Origin: Candidatus Nitrosocosmicus sp.
Lineage (GTDB): Archaea > Thermoproteota > Nitrososphaeria > Nitrososphaerales > Nitrososphaeraceae
Reading direction: 5' to 3'
Assembly: GCA_025934495.1 (NCBI GenBank)
Contig: JAICXY010000001.1
Location: 1,320 to 65,319, forward strand
DNA: 64,000 nucleotides
The translations under genes and the position numbers were made by a program. This document shows positions 10,394 through 21,392 of this stretch, in pieces (the stretch's first letter is position 1; each line of letters begins with the position of its first letter). Below the pieces are notes generated by a model that was not told the DNA's origin, made no database searches, and was given only the letters and a program-made list of their open reading frames with translations.

Positions 10394-12202
10394 CTAGTCT
10401 TCAATAGGAGAATGAGTGTGAATATTTTTTAATACTTCATGAACCTTGTCTCTAAATAAAGTCAGGCCAATCCTACCAGCATAAGGCTGTCCTTTTGCAA
10501 AGGATTCAGCTAGTTTTTTAACATACTCCATTCCCACCTTCGGTGGTTCAGGAGGTTCAAAAGGATCAACATATGCTTCAATGATGGTGGGTTTTGATTC
10601 TCTCATAGCTTGATGCATTATTGATTTTACTTCGGAGGGATCCTTGATAACATAGCCTTTTCCTCCGCAAGCTTCAGCTATCTTTGCAAAATCAATAGGT
10701 GAAAACTCTATTCCAAATTCTGGGTTTCCGAGAAAACCCATCTGTTCCCATCGAATCATTCCTAAAGTATTGTTTTTTATAACAATTACTTTAATTGGAA
10801 GGTTATATTGTACAGCAGTAGCAAATTCACCCATCAACATTGTAAGTCCACCATCACCAACAAATGCAATAGATTGTCTTTCCGGATATGCAATCTGCCC
10901 TGCTATTGCATATGGTAAACCACAAGCCATACTTGCTAAAGTACCTGATACAGAAAACTTCATACCTTCTCTAACATCTATGTATCGAGCGGCCCATGTT
11001 GTATTTGTACCACTATCTACAGAAATTATTGCATTATCTTCCATTTCCTCAGAAACAGCTTTTGCAATTACTTGGGGTTTGATTGGCTTGTCCGTTCTCG
11101 TACTTTTTTCAAGCAATAGTTTATTCCAATTTTTCATTCCATTTTGTTTTGATTTTAGAAATTCTGAACTATTATTATCGTCCCTTTTATCTCGAATAAG
11201 TGGAAGTAGTGCAGATAGTATGAGCTTTGAATCGCCAACCAAACCAATTTCAATCGGATAGCGAAGTCCAATCTTATCTGGTTTTATATCAATTTGAATA
11301 CCTCTTGCTTGGCCTGGTTTTGGAAGATATTCAATGTAAGGAAATGATGTTCCAATCATAAGTAAAGTATCTGCTTCACTCATAGCGTCACTTGAAGGTT
11401 CGGTTCCAAGTAAACCGATACCACCCAAGCTATACGGATTATCATCAGGAATTACAGCTTTACCTAAAAGTGCTTTAACAACAGGGGCAGCAAGCTTTTC
11501 TGCAACCGCAATTACCTCTTTTCCAGCTCCAAGTGCTCCTTGACCTACGAGCATGACTACCTTGTTTCCTGAATTGAGGATATTCGCTGCTTTTTCTATC
11601 AGAGATTGGCTAGGGATTGTTTCAGAAATATAAACATCTGAAGTGTGATAGGCAACATTATGTCTTGAATAATTGCCGCTTAATTTCTTTTCTTGGACAT
11701 CTATTGGTATTGTCAAGTGGCTCACTCCTCTTTGTACCAGTGCAGTTCTGCATGCAATATCTACTGCCATTTCTGCTTGTTCTGGTACAGTTATCATATC
11801 ATTGTAAACTGTAACATCTGAAAATAACTGTAGTAAATTAACATCCTGCTGATAACTTGAATTCATTAAATCAGTATAAGTTGTTCCAGTAATTGCAATA
11901 ACAGGGGTATTATCTGCTTTAGCATCGTATAATCCATTTAAAAGATGGATGGCGCCGGGACCTGATGTAGCAACGCATGCACCTAGTTTGCCAGTGTACT
12001 TTGCATAAGCGCATGCCATAAATGCTGCGGATTCTTCGTGTCTGACCAGTATGAATTTTATTTTGCTTTGTCTTTGTCTTAATGCTTCCATAAACCCATT
12101 TATACCATCACCAGGCAACCCGAAAATGACCTCAACTTTCCAGTCAAGTAATGCTTCAGCTATGATATCGGCTGTTCGCATATTTTCAAATTCTCTGCTC
12201 AT
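10394..12202 (-). CDS. ThDP/FAD-dependent pyruvate oxidase/dehydrogenase family (PoxB/YdaP-like)
   Basis: FGLPGDGIN, VRHEESAAFMA and TSGPGAIHLLNGLYDA motifs; ThDP motif GDGG..24..NN. Confidence 0.9.
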   Translation of the reverse strand: MSREFENMRTADIIAEALLDWKVEVIFGLPGDGINGFMEALRQRQSKIKFILVRHEESAAFMACAYAKYTGKLGACVATSGPGAIHLLNGLYDAKADNTPVIAITGTTYTDLMNSSYQQDVNLLQLFSDVTVYNDMITVPEQAEMAVDIACRTALVQRGVSHLTIPIDVQEKKLSGNYSRHNVAYHTSDVYISETIPSQSLIEKAANILNSGNKVVMLVGQGALGAGKEVIAVAEKLAAPVVKALLGKAVIPDDNPYSLGGIGLLGTEPSSDAMSEADTLLMIGTSFPYIEYLPKPGQARGIQIDIKPDKIGLRYPIEIGLVGDSKLILSALLPLIRDKRDDNNSSEFLKSKQNGMKNWNKLLLEKSTRTDKPIKPQVIAKAVSEEMEDNAIISVDSGTNTTWAARYIDVREGMKFSVSGTLASMACGLPYAIAGQIAYPERQSIAFVGDGGLTMLMGEFATAVQYNLPIKVIVIKNNTLGMIRWEQMGFLGNPEFGIEFSPIDFAKIAEACGGKGYVIKDPSEVKSIMHQAMRESKPTIIEAYVDPFEPPEPPKVGMEYVKKLAESFAKGQPYAGRIGLTLFRDKVHEVLKNIHTHSPIED

Positions 12203-12405
12203 GATTATATTATAGATTGTATGATGTATTATATTAGTGAATTATTTATTTTTGGATTTAGTATACCAAATCTGTAAAACTATAATTCTCCATTAAAATG
12301 TTCATTATTTGTTCATATTAACTCAAATTAGCCTGCCAAGTTTATATTATATTATTTTTGAACTGCATAAAAAAAGATAGATATAAAACAATAATTAAAA
12401 CATTA

Positions 12406-13110
12406 TTATTTCACAATAATATTTCTTAATCCTTCAACTATATATTGAATTGCAATGGCTGCCAATATAACTGCAAATATTCTTGAAATTATCTCAGAGC
12501 CCCTGTTTCCTAAAATTCTGTATATTGGATTAAGCGAACGCAATACAAGATATGTTATGCCTATCACAATTATTATCGACAACAATGTCACTATCGGACC
12601 ATCTTTTTGCTGAGAAATTATTACTGAAGTAATTGCACCTGGGCCTGCTATAAGTGGAAAAGCAATGGGCACAACTCCTGTTCCCTGTAATTCATTTTCT
12701 ATGTTTCTTAATTCTCCATGTCTCATTATTTCAAGTGATACTATGAATAATAAAGCTCCGCCTGCAACCATAAAGCTGCTTACAGTAATTCCAAAAGCGG
12801 ATAAAATCTGAGTCCCTGCAATAGCAAAAATCATCAATAGTATAGCAGACGTTACAGCAGCAGTTTTTGACAGTGCTTTGCTTGTTTCTTTCTCCATTTT
12901 TTTTGTTAGGTTTATTAATATTGGTATTATCCCAAATGGCTCTACAACTGCTAATAACTGGATGGTAGATGTTAAAACATTATTAAAAAAATTGCCTGGG
13001 CCTATACTAATATAGTAATGGATAAAATGTGGTAGTAATTCTATAGAAAAAATTGGCAAAGTCAATATAAAGACCATTTGATCTAAGTATAAATAAATTA
13101 TAATATACAT
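12406..13110 (-). CDS. marC: MarC family membrane protein
   Basis: EPFGIIP, FMVAGG, VVPIAFPLIAGPGAIT and RIFAVILAAIAIQYI motifs. True start may lie further downstream. Confidence 0.9.
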   Translation of the reverse strand: MYIIIYLYLDQMVFILTLPIFSIELLPHFIHYYISIGPGNFFNNVLTSTIQLLAVVEPFGIIPILINLTKKMEKETSKALSKTAAVTSAILLMIFAIAGTQILSAFGITVSSFMVAGGALLFIVSLEIMRHGELRNIENELQGTGVVPIAFPLIAGPGAITSVIISQQKDGPIVTLLSIIIVIGITYLVLRSLNPIYRILGNRGSEIISRIFAVILAAIAIQYIVEGLRNIIVK

Positions 13111-13228
13111 AAATTGTGTTTTACGATATCATTTTGCAATTACAAAGAAAAGAAATATCTTTTAAAAAGACTTTTGATAAAATAGTATTGCAAATGATAG
13201 CATATACTCGGAATTTTTTTTTTGTTAT

Positions 13229-13507
13229 TTATTTTTTATGTGAAGATTCTCCACCTTTTTTGGCTACTTTTTCTCTTGTTTCTTTGTCTGCAGACGCTAG
13301 CCCTCTTTTGCTATTATCATTATCATTATCGTCTGTTTCTCTCTCAACATTATGCCCACCGTGCGAATGTTCACCACCTTTTCGCCCTATTTCTGCCATA
13401 TGTTCTGGTCCATACTTGTCTATTACAGCCTCTCCTCCCTTATGCCCGGCTTCTGAAACGGTCATTTTGCCTTTTTCTTTATTGTCTTTTTCTTTATCTT
13501 GTACCAT
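13229..13507 (-). CDS. KGG-repeat general stress protein (GsiB/YciG-like)
   Basis: MTVSEAGHKGG, EIGRKGG and RGLASADKETREKVAKKGG motifs; ATG at 13507. Confidence 0.9.
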   Translation of the reverse strand: MVQDKEKDNKEKGKMTVSEAGHKGGEAVIDKYGPEHMAEIGRKGGEHSHGGHNVERETDDNDNDNSKRGLASADKETREKVAKKGGESSHKK

Positions 13508-13789
13508 ATAATACGAGGGCAATAAAAGTATATTAAGATTGAGATAGACCGGGAAGCAATTTTAACTTAAGATGCTATATTCCATTGTGCTCGTCAATAA
13601 ATAGATTTAGCCATTATAGTTTCAGTAAAGTTGGACAAGATATAATTTAATATATTCACCAAAAGTATATCATATCTAGATATTTCAAATCATATTATAT
13701 GGCAGTTCAATATATTAGCTTTTCATTATTTTACTGATAGTAGTATAATTTATAGAGTATGTTATTAGATAATTATTCGTTATTTTTCG

Positions 13790-13917
13790 TCAGGCATTGA
13801 GATTATTTGTATAGTTTTGATGATGTTTTGTATGATGGATTCCATAGTTCTTGCATCAATATATGGTCCTAATGTATCATAGATATAGGGAACAATTGGT
13901 AATTCATATTTGCTTAT
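13790..13917 (-). pseudogene. Fe/Mn superoxide dismutase N-terminal remnant
   Basis: KYELPIVPYIYDTLGPYIDARTME; restoring one A gives IHHTKHHQNYTNNLNA then TGA at 13790-13792. Confidence 0.85.
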
Positions 13918-14147
13918 TAGATTATAGTCAAGATCAAAACCTTTTATCCTTTTTCTAGATCGATTCACTAAAGATAATATCTTTGTTATGATAATAACTA
14001 ATTATTATATTCTTTATATCGCATTTCTTTTTACTAATACACAATAGTTATAGAATTACCATTCTATCAAGAATATATGTATAACTATTTTCATATATAA
14101 TACTTATTTATAATTATCTAAAGTAGATATACGATTATTTTTCACAA

Positions 14148-14420
14148 TGTTCTATGTTTATGGATAGAACATCGTCCCAGCCTAAATCAAAGAAGGTACA
14201 AAAGTATTTTGATAATTATGAAGATAATCAGATATCAGCATATATTCCCACTACATCTCCTGAATTTATGATGGAAGAAGTTTGGAATGGCCAAATGTGA
14301 CATACTAATCCTAAAGTACCTTCCATAATTTATAGATTTAAATAAAAGATATCTGCATATTTCAGGACAAAAATATTCAATTTTAGTATTGAGTAACTAT
14401 CTGTCAAGAGAAGTTTGGTA
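14148..14420 (+). pseudogene. IS630-family transposase C-terminal remnant
   Basis: MDRTSS..KSKKVQKYF...AYIPTTSPEFMMEEVWN...ISAYFRTKIFN matches the P.SPE...E..W motif of the IS630 DDE_3 domain. Confidence 0.7.
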
Positions 14421-14570
14421 ACACTTTACTAATCCATATATGATAATCTATCATACTAACTTGATTTATTAGAAATTCTGTTAGAATGCCTTACTTTAAA
14501 AATCTAAAAATTACAGCATGTGTTCCATATAAAAGTACACTTTAAATATTTATAAAAATAAAATAGTTAA

Positions 14571-15209
14571 TCAAGTTATATTAACTTGATATTCTTCAGA
14601 GTCACCTTTTGTTGGAACTTTTTTTGGCGCGTCTATATTTAAAATACCATTATCAATATTTGCAGTAATTTTTGAAGGTAATATCTCCTCTAAAAAGGGT
14701 ATTTGTCTATGAAATGATTTGTAGGACCTTTCACTATAAATATAATTCTTTCCCTTTTCTTTAGTTTTTCCTGAATGAATTCCAGATATCCTTATAGAGT
14801 TTTTTGTTGCTTTGATATCTACTTTATCTTTATCAATGCCAGGTATTTCCAATTTCATTTCATATTTATCGCCTCTATCTATAACATCACAAAGAGGTAT
14901 CCTTGTATCAGTCCATTTATCAAACCATTCAAATGGCGATATAGATTTTGAATTTGGAAAGATAGATGAAGATGGCCATGATTGTTCCATGATGTTTGTA
15001 ATATTTCGCATATTTTGTCTAATATTTTCAAAAAAATCATCATAATAATTTGAAACAGATGCAATATCTTTATTACGTCTATTATCCTTTTCGACTTGAA
15101 TATCATTTTTCTCATTTTCTGTGTTTATATCTATTTTGTTACTTTTTGTTTTATTTTTCGCATTAGCATTAGTGTTATTATTAGCATCAGACGATAATGA
15201 TGATGACAT
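14571..15209 (-). CDS. Hsp20/alpha-crystallin small heat-shock protein
   Basis: PLCDVID, EIPGIDKDKV, SERSYKSFHRQI and DNGILNIDAPK motifs. Confidence 0.9.
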   Translation of the reverse strand: MSSSLSSDANNNTNANAKNKTKSNKIDINTENEKNDIQVEKDNRRNKDIASVSNYYDDFFENIRQNMRNITNIMEQSWPSSSIFPNSKSISPFEWFDKWTDTRIPLCDVIDRGDKYEMKLEIPGIDKDKVDIKATKNSIRISGIHSGKTKEKGKNYIYSERSYKSFHRQIPFLEEILPSKITANIDNGILNIDAPKKVPTKGDSEEYQVNIT

Positions 15210-15439
15210 ATAAATAATGATGTAAAGTAGTATATAATTTAGCAGATACTTAAATATGGAGTTGTTGGTTCTGAATGTATCTGGTATGTATAGCCAATGA
15301 ACCTGAAATATAGATAATAGGCTTAAAAATTCAAATAAAGGAATATGTTTATATCAGATAGAGATATTTCTATCCAATATCGTAAGAAATGTGAGTATCT
15401 ATTTTCTGTAGATGTGTTTATGGTATTTACAAGCATGTA

Positions 15440-15798
15440 AGTTCGTGAAATTAAAGCATCATTGAAATAACTATGCAGTATGTTAAGATGTTAAGAATAA
15501 AACCTAAGAATGCTAGAGTTAGATAGGCCAAAAAAGATACATAAGTATAGATCTAGTAGTTTTTGATATAAAAAATGATTTGTAAAAATGGAAGGACAGC
15601 ATTGTAACTATAGATATATATGAATTGTTGAAACAATATTTCCTTGTATTGAGAGAACGTTTGGAAATATTTTATTCAGTCAGATTGAAAAATTATGATA
15701 CAATAAATAGTCAAAAGCATTATTGTATAACAAGATATAATATCTATTTAGATAAAATTGGCATAGAATAAAGAATTACAATATTTATGCAACAGAAC
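15440..15798 (+). mobile_element. IS5 (IS903-like) 3' remnant with right end
   Basis: Decayed KNDL.KWKDS, IVETIF..ERTFG, SVRLKN..LYNK; ends ttatgcaacagaac (15785-15798). Confidence 0.6.
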
Positions 15799-15847
15799 AT
15801 CTTATCCACTTTTTTAAATACTTGTCATTAATATGTTAATTACCATA

Positions 15848-16069
15848 ATGAGCGAAAATACAAAAATAGGTAACAACGAATACAATCTACTTAAAGCAAT
15901 AGGAAGGGAGGCAGACTTTTTACATGAGACTATTGATGAATATAAAAGAGATGCTCAAAATGAAAATAGAAATGATTTAGTAGAACTTTGGGAAAAGATA
16001 AAGAAGGATAAGCAAAATCATGTAATTATGTTAAAAGAAAAACTAGAAGAATTCTATAAACAAAAATAA
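15848..16069 (+). CDS. Small helical (ferritin-like half-bundle) hypothetical protein
   Basis: NNEYNLLKAI...EYKRDAQ..NDLVELWEKIKKDKQNHVIMLKE; ATG at 15848. Confidence 0.7.
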   Translation: MSENTKIGNNEYNLLKAIGREADFLHETIDEYKRDAQNENRNDLVELWEKIKKDKQNHVIMLKEKLEEFYKQK

Positions 16070-17359
16070 ACAATAACATTTTTTATTTTCTTTTATTTTT
16101 ATTTGTTGTATATATCCTTGTTAATATATTAATTTTCATTTAAAGGAACATAAAATAAAAATTATCATCATATCTTCTTTCTGTTACTATATATAATATA
16201 TCATGATTCCCATATATTAATACAAATCAAGAATATGTAGATCCTGTTAACTTCTATTTTATCAATTAATTTATTTCATTGCTATTTTTTTCTCTACAAT
16301 TATTTTTCAATAATAAATATCAATCTAAAATAAAAATCAAATAATAAGAATTTGTTTAATCACTAAAAATCCGATGTTTAAATAAAATATTTTTCCTTAA
16401 GTTAACAGTTGTGTAACTACTCAAATAACCTTTAATGTAAAGAGAATATGCATGTTTAGATGTATTACTTTTAAAAATGAGAATATGTTGAAAATATAAC
16501 AATATTTTTGCTGATGAAAACAAGGAGTACCAGTTTAAATAAATACATACAGCATTCCTTACATTATTTTTAACAGAGATAATATTTCTCTATATAATTC
16601 AAATATCAAACTAAAGAATGTTTGAGGATAGAATGATTATTTTTTATATTGGATTATGATAAAATATATTATTCTAATATGGTAAAAGTACATTTGTTTT
16701 TAATTATCAAATAAGATCTAGAAATTAAAATATTAGTATCCATAAATTTATGCCATATGATTACTAACCTAAACGTGACCAATTCAATAAACTAGTTTAA
16801 CAAATTAATTTGGCGTATAAATATTTAGCTAACACTATGATCACAGTATTTGTTAGAATGAAGATTATGTTGAAAATGGTTAAATTGAGATAATATTTTA
16901 AATGTTAAATTACTGATCTATAGTTTATCCAACTCAAACGATAATGATGGTAGTGGTATTGGTATAAAAGATACAGTAAATTCGATAGAATAGCATGGCC
17001 TTTTTTAAATTATTGTAATTATACTATTAAAGGCAATAATTTTGAAATTGTAGTAGGTTATACTAATAGGTACCAGGGTACCAGGTATACAATTCTAAGT
17101 GGAAGAAAATTCCTTGCTATGTTATATAAAAGAGGTGCAAGCAATTGGAGTCCATGTTGAAATATTGAGTATCATCTACACCTTTGGAAGAAGCGATTGC
17201 TTTCAAGATATATGTACTTAAGGAATAGAGTAGAGTATTTTTATTATGATCTAAAAGGTGAATCCTAGATATATTACAATTTCTAAAATGACCTAAATGT
17301 GCATCAAAAAATACTATATGATCAAATTGTTACTATTATGAATACCAAGAAAATATATA

Positions 17360-17380
17360 CAAAAACATTTTTCGGTACCG
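17360..17380 (-). repeat. Dispersed intergenic motif, copy 4
   Basis: caaaaacatttttcggtaccg, same orientation as copy 2. Confidence 0.7.
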
Positions 17381-17544
17381 CAAGGTTGTGGATATATTAT
17401 ACAATAACTTTATACATTAAATTAATGTATTTGAAAATTATATGTGATCACAGATTGTATTGATTATTAAATGATTTTTGCTCTGTCAAATAACTATTAT
17501 TGTAAAATATGAATATAACTTATTTTTTTGCTATAAAGTTGTAT

Positions 17545-18003
17545 TTTCTATGAATTTGTTATAGATGGATGCTTGTAGCGTCAGTTCATTTACAATTTAT
17601 CCATTTTATATATGATATATATGTTCCCAAATGTTCTCTTGATAGATAGAGGAAAACGCTGATTCAGCAATCCATCTATATATCCATATTCATACTTTTT
17701 CTTCTATCGTTTTATATCTTTGAACTATTCTTACACAGATAGTAGTAGTAGTTTTCTTGGTGTACAATTGATATTATTTTTAATTGATGAATTCTTTCTT
17801 ACTTTTATAATGGGTGTTATTTTTAATTTATCAAGATAACAAGTGTTCTTTTGAATCATAGGCTCCGTCTTCTGCCAATACTTTTTGAATATAGTATTCT
17901 TTGAAAAAACATCTCCGACCAATTCCTTTAGTATCTTTCCATCATGAATATCTTCTTTTGTTACAATCATATTTGGTGTATTTTTGCTAATTTGTATAAA
18001 CAA
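17545..18003 (-). pseudogene. IS5 (IS903-like) transposase C-terminal half
   Basis: VTKEDIHDGKILKELV, IKVRKNS, RWIAESAFSSI.KRTFG, ELTLQASIYNKF, with stops and frameshifts. Confidence 0.8.
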
Positions 18004-18533
18004 TAATATAGTATCATGAAAATAAATTGATTAATTTTATTAGTATATTATATTGAATGGGAGATAATGTTCAAAATATCCCGAGCCAAGCATCATTAAA
18101 GGTTTCATAGATCAAAAGGCATTTAATAAAATAAAAAAAGAATATGATGAAGATGCAAAAAGGCATTGGGATGTATAGCAAAAATTTTTGAAAAATTAAA
18201 AAACCAATCGTATATTATATTCTGATTTTAACAAAGAAATTATTGAGATTAAATTAGAAAAATCAAAATTAACAAGTGAATTAAGTTAAAAACAATATTG
18301 TCAAATATATCTACCAATTCTAAAATTATTGCAAAGACAACGCCTCGTATTTACATAATAGAGAGAATTTTAATAAGGAATTAAAAATTGTAATGGAATA
18401 TAAATAATGATTTAATAAAATTATTAACTATTTTGTTATATAAAATAACTTAATTGTTATTTGTTAACGTTTTAATATGGATATTCAAATTTATTTTATT
18501 TTATTTTTCTGTAAATTTGATTGATCAATTGAT

Positions 18534-18764
18534 TTAGGGTTTTATCAATTTTGCATGTTCGTTTGCAGTAACTATTGATGAACCATTCATTCTAGAAGTT
18601 TTTGTCAAATTATCCGATGAAGATGATGATTGATTACCTACTGCAGTTTTGTTATTGGAAGTTTGGTTTACCTGTGCAAATGAATTATTTATTGATTCTA
18701 TCATAAATAAGAAAATGCCAGCTAAGACAATTATTGTTAATATCGATTTATTTAAATTCATCAT
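18534..18764 (-). CDS. Small secreted protein, possibly truncated
   Basis: Signal peptide ending NSFAQ followed by a Ser/Asn-rich tail. Confidence 0.5.
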   Translation of the reverse strand: MMNLNKSILTIIVLAGIFLFMIESINNSFAQVNQTSNNKTAVGNQSSSSSDNLTKTSRMNGSSIVTANEHAKLIKP

Positions 18765-19290
18765 GAATATTGATAATAGGTTATTCTTAAAGTTTACAAA
18801 TAAAACCTAATAATATCTAAAGATGGACAAAAGGTTGTTATTGTAAAGATTATTGTTTATGCAGACTAAGATGATGAGAAGTGCATCTATGTTCATATCC
18901 GAAGAAACATATTATACATTATCTGATTGAATAAAGTATTGTGAAAACTCGAGTAAATAATAATTCATTCTGTGTTTATTTCTTCTGTTTCTCTTTGAGT
19001 TCTGGATGCTGAAGTATTTTAATGGTCTCTAATGGTTATTTAGGGTAAAGAAAGGGATGTAATGATGGTAATGTATTATATATCTGCTTACCAAATAGTT
19101 TTAAATGTTAAATAAGCCACTCTTCGAGCAAGGAATCTCTCTTTTAAGATCGCAACTGTTATCTTGTTAATAGATGCCTTAATTATTGCATGGTTAAAGC
19201 ACCTTTCTTGCTCTCACCTAAGATGATGTATGACGAACAACGATGATACAAGCCATATCTTCTTTATCGTTTTCAAATGTTATGAATAAT

Positions 19291-19711
19291 AGATCTCTTG
19301 CATAATTAGAAACAATCCACAACACCATTAAGTCATAGATTTTGTGTTTGGTTCTGTCCTACTTATGATTTAATATCCTATAATTTACCAAACCTGCTTC
19401 TATGTCTGATACCTTGTTATACTTCTTAATTTGTTTCTAAATATCTGCAAGTATCCTGTATTTATTCAATCTGCACATATAGCATACTCAATCACTATTT
19501 TTTTAGAATGGTTTTTGTTATATCCTATTTCTTCTTCTTGCTGTGACAGTTCTTGATTTCTTTCCTTTCCGTTATAGGTGTGGATGAGAGTTGTTTTGGA
19601 AAATCCTTTTCTATACCAAGATATCCTAAATCAACTATATCAACAACTTGTTTTGGGATCCGATGAGATTCTCTTCATATAATCACTATATAGTCATACC
19701 TTCTTCCTTTC
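19291..19711 (-). mobile_element. DDE_Tnp_4-type (IS5-like) 3' remnant with 21-bp TIR
   Basis: TIR agatctcttgcataattagaa at 19291; reading DLGYLGIEKDFP, YNKNHSKK.IVIEYAICRL, KYNKVSDI..GLVNYRI. Confidence 0.8.
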
Positions 19712-19900
19712 GGATCTGTTGACTTAAGGTATTATTTCTTTATTGTGTTGATCAATGAAAAGATTAAACCATTGTTTTATATGCTTTATTTTACACTTGT
19801 TCTTCTTTTTAAAAGGAAAGTAGTTATCAAAGTTTGAGTCTATCCTTTATGTACTGCTGACGTGTTCTTTCAATAATGCTTTTCATTCTTATATACGAAA
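19712..19900 (-). mobile_element. IS6-family 3' remnant
   Basis: End ggatctgttgactt; near-identical to 30450-30590 (ttattgtgttgatcaatgaaaagattaaaccattgtttta). Confidence 0.75.
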
Positions 19901-20094
19901 ATATAGAGCATAACCAATATTATCTAAATGGGTTCTGTTTCCTACGTTCACATCAGAAATAGAATACTTTCAAGTTATAGGTCATCTTTAAAAGAATAGA
20001 GACTGAACAGGATTAATCTATTTATTGACCATCGCAATAAAGAAATAAAACTATGGTACTTAACTAACCGTTTTAAATATTTCAAGGGAAAAAA

Positions 20095-21351
20095 TTAAGT
20101 ACCCTCGCCATAATCATGGATATATCTATTTTGACTGGCTGTCAATTCGTCAATTTTGATACCCATCGATTCTAATTTCAATCTTGCAATGTTAAGATCT
20201 TGCTCTTGGCTAATATCGTATATTTTATTTTCAAAAGTATTTTTATTTTCTGCAAAATTTAAAACTGACAGAAATTGATTTGCAAAACTCATATCCATAA
20301 CTTCTGAAGGATGGCCTTCTGCAGCAACCAGATTTACAAGCCTACCTTCTCCAATTAAATTAATTTTATTACCATTCTTAAGAATAAACTGTTCCACATT
20401 TTCATTTAAATTTTGAGTAGAAGTTGATAAATTCGCTAAATCATTTAAAGATATTTCCACATTAAAATGTCCTGCATTTGCAAGAATGGTATTATTTTTC
20501 ATTTTCTCAATATGTGTTCCAGTTATTATATCTTTACAACCAGTAGATGTAATAAATATGTCACCTACTGAAGATGCATCTGACATAGGTTTTACAATAT
20601 ATCCATCCATTTTTGCCTTCAATGCATTAATAGGATTCACCTCAGTCACAATAACAGATGCACCATGTCCACTACATCTGGCTGCTATTCCTTTTCCTAC
20701 ATGTCCATATCCAGCAACCACAACAGTTTTACCTGCCAGTAGAATATTGGTAGCTCGTATAACTCCATCTAAAGCAGATTGTCCTGTTCCGTATATGTTA
20801 TCAAAATCATGTTTAGTCTCGGCATCATTTACTGCAATGATAGGATATTGAAGTTTCTTGTTTTTTTCCAAGGCCCTTAAACGCATGACACCAGTTGTGG
20901 TTTCTTCAGTTCCGCCTATAATATTACTACCATATTCATCCATTGTTTTATGAAATTCGATTGTTAGATCGGCGCCATCATCAATAGTTATATGTGGCTT
21001 AAATTTTAATACGGAATAAATATCATCATAATATTCCTCATTATTGACACCTCTGCTTGCAAATATAGATAATCCCTCATCTACAACTAAAGAAGCAGCT
21101 ATATCGTCGCTTGTACTTAATGGATTACATCCTGACCAGGCTATTTCTGCACCTGCAGCATGCAAAGTTTTGATCAATACAGCTGTTTCTTTGGTAACAT
21201 GTAAACAACCTCCAATAATGAGGTTTTTTAATGGTTTTGAATCTTGATATTTCTTTTGTAAAGATAATAATACAGGCATATGAGATTCTGCCCAATTGAT
21301 TTTCTTCTTGCCATAAGAAGACAAAGACTTGTCTTTAATTCGATATTCCAT
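20095..21351 (-). CDS. ahcY: Adenosylhomocysteinase
   Basis: GCLHVTKETAVL, SGCNPLST, EETTTGV, FDNIYGTGQS, GYGHVGKG, EGRLVNL and GHPSEVMDMSF. Likely ATG at 21351, since the longer ORF overlaps the next gene. Confidence 0.97.
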   Translation of the reverse strand: MEYRIKDKSLSSYGKKKINWAESHMPVLLSLQKKYQDSKPLKNLIIGGCLHVTKETAVLIKTLHAAGAEIAWSGCNPLSTSDDIAASLVVDEGLSIFASRGVNNEEYYDDIYSVLKFKPHITIDDGADLTIEFHKTMDEYGSNIIGGTEETTTGVMRLRALEKNKKLQYPIIAVNDAETKHDFDNIYGTGQSALDGVIRATNILLAGKTVVVAGYGHVGKGIAARCSGHGASVIVTEVNPINALKAKMDGYIVKPMSDASSVGDIFITSTGCKDIITGTHIEKMKNNTILANAGHFNVEISLNDLANLSTSTQNLNENVEQFILKNGNKINLIGEGRLVNLVAAEGHPSEVMDMSFANQFLSVLNFAENKNTFENKIYDISQEQDLNIARLKLESMGIKIDELTASQNRYIHDYGEGT

Positions 21352-21392
21352 AAGGAAAAAAATATAGAATCCATATATTACTCTAACATAAT

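Noticed and set aside
17069-17091. gggtacca tandem near motif copy 4
   Set aside because: It lacks the CATTTTTC arm; probably a slippage duplication in decayed DNA.
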